From Balanoglossus misakiensis (taxonomy: Eukaryota > Animalia > Hemichordata): a DNA stretch of 64,000 nt. The DNA is taken from assembly GCA_040954595.2 (NCBI GenBank), contig CM082576.2, positions 10,853,129-10,917,128 of the forward strand, in the 5' to 3' direction. A program made the translations under genes and the position numbers. Shown piece by piece: positions 56,427 through 64,000 of this stretch (within the stretch, counting starts at the first letter, position 1; every line of letters begins with the position of its first letter). The notes under the pieces are model-generated. The model saw only the letters and a program-made list of their open reading frames with translations, was not told where the DNA came from and did not search any database.

Positions 56427-56440
56427 GTCACCATGGCAAC
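56427..56440. promoter_or_regulatory. RFX X-box motif upstream of the globin
   Basis: GTCACCATGGCAAC matches the 14 bp X-box consensus GTHNYY-AT-RRNAAC and lies about 240 bp upstream of the ATG, beside an AT-rich TATTTAT (minus strand, ~56448-56454). Function is inferred. Confidence 0.4.
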
Positions 56441-59400
56441 TCTCCTCATAAATAAATGTCCCCGTGTAATGGAGCTACCGTCTCATTCATAAGTTTGAGA
56501 AAGGGCCGTGCTTGAAGTAGACTCTGAGATAGTGTTCGTGTTCTCGAGTGCGACGCAACGAAGAGGCGGTAAGAGTGATTCTAGTCGGTTTCACCTATAG
56601 TGTGTGCCATCTGTAGTCCGTTGGGGTCCTCACGGCATATTGCCATTCCATCACACGGGCGTTCGACATTCACCGCTACCACTCGAACCTATGCAAATTG
56701 GAGCGTGGCGTGCAACCGAACTCGCGGACGATTCCAGGTGGCTACACGGTTTCAGCTGTACAATTTTCAAACCCTTCTCAGACGGACGTCATTTTCCGTG
56801 AACCCAGTGGACGCGACTCTTCACTCAAGTGTGTTTTCCTTCTCTGTGAGTCAGCTTGGTCGGGGGACAGCTATTCGCGCTTGTGCACACAACAGAACTC
56901 ATGCACAACATGCCAACGAGAGCGGATTCATTCGTGAGATCACGAGGAAACCGGAGAAACGACACGCTCGGGCGGCGAGCGGAAGTGATGTGGTGCTTTG
57001 TGCGGTCGGAGGGGGGATAGTCAATGCCGGAGTTGGCTCACGCCAACAAAAGGTCTGACGCAATTTGAATTTGTATGCAGATGAGGCGATTCAGCTGGCA
57101 GAGGTGTGCGCCAACACTGGAGAGAAAGGGGGCGTTTTGTGTACAATTTAATTAAATCCGCAATCCAACCTCGATAGTGTATAGTACGCAACGTATGAGC
57201 CAATCTCCACACTGACGAGTAACCATGGAGAGGGCTGTGTTTCTCGGTTGGTTTTATAAATCATCGGTCTGTTAATAATGGGTTTGGGGATTTATTGTGG
57301 CATTAAAATTAAAATATATTTCCCTGCGGGTGAGAGAGTGGAATTATAATATTGGGTCGCCGGGTCATTCTCCTGCGCGGTTGGTTCGGATGAAAAGCTC
57401 GACTGACTAAATTTGCCGGTCGATATGATACACGTTAACACAGATGTAATGAAGCAAATACGCGTTAGCCTAGAAACACAGTTGAACTCGAATGCCGCGA
57501 TGTCTTTATTTCAACACGTGCCACTCCACAGTCCTCAATATTCTGGTGTTAGCACACAGAAAATCTCACCAAGGCTCTGAGTGGAGTTCTGCATTTGTGT
57601 GTGTTTGTGTGTGTGCTGAGTATCCTCTTGTGGCTGCCACAAGAGCGCCCACACACAGGTGGCATTGAAATTACCACCACAATCACCATCAGACAACGCA
57701 GCTGTACGAGAGATGCCACAAACGCGTAAACACACCGGTGTCACCGGAGAGCGTGATTGACAAGCACCTTGCCAGCGTTTCCATGGCAATATCAAAACGA
57801 CCTGCTCCACTGTAATAAAAGGAGAATATATTTCTGCGTACTTGTGGAATTTAATGAAAAGGGCCAAGTATCGCTGTGTTCAATTAAAGTTAAAATGTTC
57901 TAGTCTCGCAAAATTTGTATAAATTTTATTACAGTTTGAACTAGCCCTTTTCAAAGATGGGGCCCAGCTTGCATATTAGTCTGCACAACCGTGCTCTTCA
58001 CTCCAAGAATTTAGCTGTAATAGAAAGATGGCGGCAATTAATCTGGTAGAGTCAGCTGACAACTACAATGTAGTCCGTAACCATTGTATAATTGGAAAGA
58101 GAAATAATTCCGCTCGAAGCCAAGAGACATTTTTCATCGCAATTTTTATTATTTAAAAAAAACTTTCATTGTTGCTTATTGTCTGTATACGCACTGTTGC
58201 TTTTTATTTCAAATCAGTTTCACAGTCGCATCGTATAACGCGGTTTTGCGTCTTTTCACAAACGGTCATACACTACTTCCGTATGTCTGGTCAGGTGGCA
58301 ACTCCCCAATGGCCTTTTCTTCATAATTGCTTAAATAGATATTATGCGCAAATTAATGATATAACGCGGATTGGCGCGAGCGTGGGATTTCGCTGTGTGG
58401 GCGATACTGGAAAACCGGGGGACAGATCTGATAATGGGGAACTTGAGATTGACGCCTTCACATATCTCCGGGAAGAAAAGGTGCGGAAGTCACGAATGCA
58501 TACTGGCCTACACGTGTAAAATCTCTTTGCGTGAACGACTGATACTACCATCCAATGGACAGGGGTCACATTAGAGCCCCATGGTACGGAACTTTTTGCT
58601 TCAACTCAAAAGTCCCCCCCCCCCTCAATTAATGCAATCCAAAGCCAAGGCAAGCGTAGGTTTGGAATGTAATTTCGAATTAATCTCGGTATCGATTCTG
58701 CTTGACAGGACGATAAATTATAGACGAAAAAACAGTTTACGAATATCAAAAATGGCGGCACTTCCGTATAAATTAAGCTCAGAAACGTATATGATAAGGG
58801 CGGAGGCGAAAGCGTTTACAATATTAGAATAACCAAGGGCATTGAACAGACTGGAAAAAACAGGAAGTATTTATCAAAACGACACAATCCTTAATAATAG
58901 AAAATATGGTATTGAAATAAAACAGCGCCACGAGCACTGTGCTCCAATTTGATCAGAATTGTTAACTTTCACGTGTGACAATATCAGTCATATTTTGTAT
59001 CATGCTGATTTAATGGATGTAATTTCCGACACATGTCCACAAGGGCACCGTAAGCGTCAGTTATGTACACAATTTATGAGATAATAGATGATTATATTTA
59101 ATGGAATACGTTCCTATAAGCCCCAAAACCAAAATCGAAAGCAATTGGGTGAGCGGTTTCTGAATAAAAGATGTTTTAATTAAAATGACAAAATAGCCCA
59201 AAAGTGAACTTCTTTTTTAATGCGTTTTTCACATAATAAAGAATACCCACAAGGACACTACAACCGAGGTTTGGTGACTCTGAATTTTCTGGATAAAAAT
59301 ATTATATTTTTCATCAGTACAATATTCATATTTTCACAATATCTTTCGCACATTATCACGAGGACTATATGAATATTTTAAAGAAAATCTACAACTTTCC

Positions 59401-62400
59401 TAGGCCAGTTCTTAGGGGGCAATAATTATTGCATGTCGTCTCCTAGATTGCGCGCCAAAAAACGCTTTAAAAGACTCGGTGAAATTTCTGACTGCGTAGT
59501 GCAGTTTTCGTGAATGCTTAGTCCAAATTATCAACGCCCTGGCGATTTGCTGCTCTATCTCGTCGTACATTGCTTTGCAATGACGACATCCTGGAAATTT
59601 CCAAAAGAGCTGGGTGCGAAAGCATGTTTTATCTGGGCCGCCGAATCGGGTGAACGAGCGATTAGTAAAGGAGTAATGACCGATGCTGTGTGAGCAGAAA
59701 TTTAATATAGAGGGCCGCTGTGTTAAGTATAAGGAAATGGATCCCGGAGGGAAAGTTGGGCGAAGGGCGGATTATGACAATGGCATCAAATCGTTGCCCA
59801 AGGCGTCGTGAATTTAGACTTTGTCATACGCCTCGCTAACGAGAGAAAGGTTGAACTTGTCTTTGTACTTTTACTTTTAACAGTATGCCTTCGCGATGTG
59901 GGAAATATTTTTGGCAATGGCACGTACATCCACACATGTGATATACGATTAGACACGCATACGCGCGGACGCACGCACACAGAGACGGAAATTTTCCATT
60001 TGACACTGATTCCATTTTCGTCATCATCTTCGTATCCTGTCATTTGTACTATCCTTTCGTCGACACTAGCACAATACTGAATGTACTGAGTGAACTCTAG
60101 GCTTGTACTTTGTAACTCTTTCATCAACAAAGTCTGTCAGAGAGTATTTGCCCCTGTGGTAATTAACGTGACACAGCCTGGCAGGCAATCATCTCGTTAT
60201 TACGCAAATCATCGAGTTTGTTTGCACCCAAGAGTGATCCCGCCAAATGGCACCATGTACCTGAGTCTAGACGAACACTGAACATCTGAGCTGTCCACGC
60301 AGTACACACTGACTTGTCAGGTCACTTGTACACGTCGATGACGCCATCTCCTGTCGACCCCATCAGCATCTCTTAAGGAGAATTTCATCGTACACATTAG
60401 ATTTTTGTCGCCTTCCTGCGAAATTCGCCTCCACTGTTTCCCTTTGTCCGTCCCCTGAATACCTATGTACACCTCACAGTTTCGCCAACATTCGACGTGC
60501 GTGCAAAAACGGGGAAAGGGGACAATAAAAGTACGTACAAAGTTCACGTTTTCTTTCAAACGGGAAACTCGTGACTGAGATAGAATGAGTTGATGAGTTG
60601 CAAATTATACTCAGGCACCAATCTCGCTGTCGGAAGAATCGTGCGACTTGGAGTGAATTCGTGTGACCTAGTGTAATAGTAAGAGCTTGAGTGACGGAGG
60701 TGTGTGCGTAAACAACATGGACGTTTGACTGTGAATTAGCCACCCCCTTCTTTTGCAATAACAGCCTTTTGTTGCCCTGTACGTAATGACAAGACAAATA
60801 CGCTCTGAATACGCCGAACTGTTTGAAAACAAAGTATCCTATAAAGCAGCGTTGTTGGCAGTCCGAGGGCGCTCTCCCTATTTGTACGAACAGCAAGCTT
60901 GCTTGTGTAGTCACGGTGACCGAGGCTCACTGCTGGGGGCGCTACGCTGCCGCCCCGGAGGAGAGGCACTGAGACGAGCCTAATTGGGGAGAAATGCCTG
61001 CCATTTTTTGGGCCAGAAACTCTATTTTTTTAGAAATTGCCTGTCTGCAACTGACATGTATCATGTATGACTCTTTTCAATGTATCAATCCTAAACAAAT
61101 GGGAGCACAGTGTCATTTTGGGAGTTTTTCTTTCATATATATATAGCCAGATCTTATCGAAACTTCTATAATGTCAATGAAAACGAAGTCAAGTCACAGT
61201 CCTTCTCTATTGCAGTGTCTCAAAACGCAGTGTTATACCCATGTTACAGAACGGACGCCATGCCACCGATCTCTCGAACCAGGGACTTTTCTGGTCAGAC
61301 ACTGAGAACGCCAGATGGACTACTCAGGTGTCCCCACTCGTGACGCAGAGATCGAAGTGTCGTACAGCCTGGTTATTTTCGTCTCAGACTCTTCACTTAA
61401 CCACGGTCGTGACTTTAACAGACCACGCGCCAAGTGATATAACAATGGACGACAAGCGCTGCATGCTCCCTGTGAACACTAACGTCTTTTGGCGATTCTC
61501 GTTTCTACCCCCGTCAAATGAACCACATACCTCCAGGGAATCACGGAGAAGTGATCATGAGACGACAAGCCACCTGCCTACGGTTAAATCTGATAAAAAA
61601 ATGTCGACGTCATGGTCAACCTGTCGTCATCTTTCACAACTCTCGTTATATTTTTCAAAAAAATGAAGATCAAGACGTTTTGTTTTCCATATTTTTAAAG
61701 ACCTGTAGGCAATGGAGAATCATGTCCACTGGTCTAAAATTTAAGGGGGAAAATTAGAGAAATTATATAAATTTGGAAAAGTTGCACCAACATTTTGCCG
61801 GGAAAGATGTTCAAAATGTTAATAATAATGAAACTGGTGGTTCAAACAGAGTGCAAGGCAAATTGTGTTATTAACAGCGTGAACGACTACTCACGTCAAG
61901 GCAAGAGTCGAGATAACGCTCAAATGAACCATTGAACTGACATTCACCTTTTAAGACGCCCGCGAAATAGTTATTTTAAACTTGGTTTTAAACTATGGTA
62001 GAAGGGGCATTCACAAATGTTATCTAATAGATGAATCTATTCTGCTCAATTGTGATCAAATCTTTGGAAGATATTCCAGAAATTGAAGAAATGTTGAAAA
62101 GTAAACATCCATACCCAGTATGTTTGTATCAGTCACTGTCGGTGTCAAAATATTACTTACATTTAAATTTGGATTATTTTCTGAATTTAGTTATACTATC
62201 CCCCGTGGTTTTAGGTATTGAAACTATGAGGGATATTTTCGCGGCGTTATTTACGCACTGGTTTGTGCATGGTCACGTTCAGGAGCACGAGGGACAGATG
62301 AAGAATTAAGGATGTCGAGTCGTTTGAAACGCCCACTCTCCTTGCAGTCCTTGTTGGTTGAAGGTAGTTCCCGAGTTCCGCCGCGCTGTGCCATCACCTT

Positions 62401-64000
62401 TCTGTGCCCACCTGGAAGGATGCACTTTTGCCGTGTGAGACAAATGCCCGCAGACCCATTGTGGGGAGGGTTGCGAAAGTTTCTTGTCTCGGCAGTCGAT
62501 TCAACCAATGAACAGCCGAACTTTCGGCTTAACAACCCAGCAAATTTTGCGTACTGATTAAAAATTGCCAAGAGTGCTGGCACCAAGCATACTGATATTT
62601 CGAGGGGAAAACATTGACAGAAATCAGAGAGTTTTGTGAAATTCACCACGACGAAGAAAACCACGAAACTCCAAAAGACTGGGTGTAAGAGATAGATTAA
62701 TTGCAACATTTGCAATGAGGAGTCGCCTTAAACATCTCTTGAATATCACAGGTTTATTCCTGACCCACTTGGCAGCAATTGCCACTGGCGAACAAGCGAG
62801 ATATGACGGGTAAGTCAATTTAATTAAGCACGCTATATTAAAATTATATTTACTGGCGACGGATTGCGTGAAGATTTCAGCATGCCCGACTGGTTGATTT
62901 TCCCATGTCGAATGTTATATGCAAACACTCGCTGTCAATGTGCTACCATTTTTCTTGCTCACTTGTATGTGTTTGCGCGCCTGTATGCGTGTGGGCTAGT
63001 GTGTGTGTGTGTGGTATGCTACGCAGGGAGCAAAATAACATCCGCTCATTTTTATTTTGGGCTTTGCTCTTTGACAAACTTTTAAGGTTTCTCAGAACGG
63101 GAGCATGCAAACCGTTCTGTTTTGGTAGCAAATCACTTACATCCGAAGAGCGCTGTGGAAAATATTTAGTTTATAATTTTCCTGTCGGCTTCATCGCAAT
63201 TTTAATAGGTACAAGCGTGGATGACTCGGCAAATGAACAAAATCCGAAATAATAAGAGAAGGTGCGCAGCTTATAAAAAGGAAATGGAACTCCCCAATAT
63301 AGTTTGGTTTAAATTGTATTCGCTGGCCCCGGAGATTCATCTAAATTCGTCAGTGTTAAACCTATTTAATTTCTCTTAAATAAATAAATATGTCCGTTAA
63401 TTTTACTGGCAATTCCTCGTGTTTCCCGAAAAGTACGCAGGGACCAGCAAAAACCAAGTGAACCATGCCGCGTGCGCGCATATATAAACGGTTGTCAGTC
63501 ACACAATCAAATTCAATGAATTTACTCAATCACGGAATGGTACAGAAGTCTGCCTTTCGAATAGGGTGGGTACTTTTCTTTTTGCTGTTAATGATAGGTC
63601 AAGTAGCGTCTTTCCGTACTAAGCTGATTATAGAGCGATCTAGATTTCTCTTGAAATTGGCCGATCGAGAAAAAACTCTTAGCGATTCTCGAGCATGTGT
63701 CTCTCTGCCCTTACTCGTGAAACTGAAAACTGTTGAAAGCGGAAATGTCTTATCTTTCTTGACATTTTCAAAAGATCAATTAGCTGTAATTTTAAGACAC
63801 GAGTAACCGATTCGCGGGGGAGGTTTAGTTATCACGAGGGGTGATGAGTAGAAGAAGTGGGGATCATAGTTTTAAAAACCTGTCCTGGATTCATTTTGCC
63901 GCGGCAAGCTCATAGCGCTCGGTTATCTCTAGGAAAATAAAAAAATGTTAAAACTTTGTTTTTTCTCGGTGTCACGTGGAGCAAATACCAAGCGTTACTT

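Noticed and set aside
62031-62100. Possible short plus-strand exon (tag|ATGAATC...AAAA|GTAAAC)
   Set aside because: Splice sites are plausible but it is isolated, with no partner exons or recognisable peptide.
1-64000. Prokaryotic-type systems (operons, CRISPR, defence islands), rRNA, tRNA, autonomous transposons
   Set aside because: Coding density is very low and the genes are spliced. I saw no repeat-spacer array, cloverleaf, or transposase or reverse transcriptase ORF.

Overview
This is eukaryotic (metazoan) genomic DNA, not prokaryotic. It is mostly intronic or intergenic, with microsatellites, short dispersed-repeat-like segments and GT-AG exons. A marine invertebrate, possibly a deuterostome, is my guess and cannot be established from the window. 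Nearly all ORFs in the supplied track are non-coding noise. Two spliced minus-strand genes can be rebuilt by hand. (1) A complete three-exon globin (56186-56002, 28827-28602, 28045-27905; 183 aa). It has a 27.2 kb first intron at the ancestral B12.2 position, a 556 bp second intron at G7.0, CD1 Phe, E7 His and F8 His, and an N-terminal MGCTSS acylation motif, so it is a globin X-like, probably membrane-anchored globin. (2) About 3.3 kb downstream lies a gene I do not recognise. It has a Ser/Pro-rich first exon (24589-23844), a possible exon at 9621-9438 and three phase-compatible exons (6455-6229, 2144-2025, 783-522) encoding a ~200 aa globular-looking C-terminal region. Also present are a MITE with a perfect 20 bp inverted repeat that includes TTAA (50128-50320), a second degenerate MITE, and many RFX X-box-like motifs, one of them canonical and about 240 bp upstream of the globin ATG. 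I found no rRNA, tRNA, CRISPR array or autonomous transposon, and no support for a clearly new multi-gene system.
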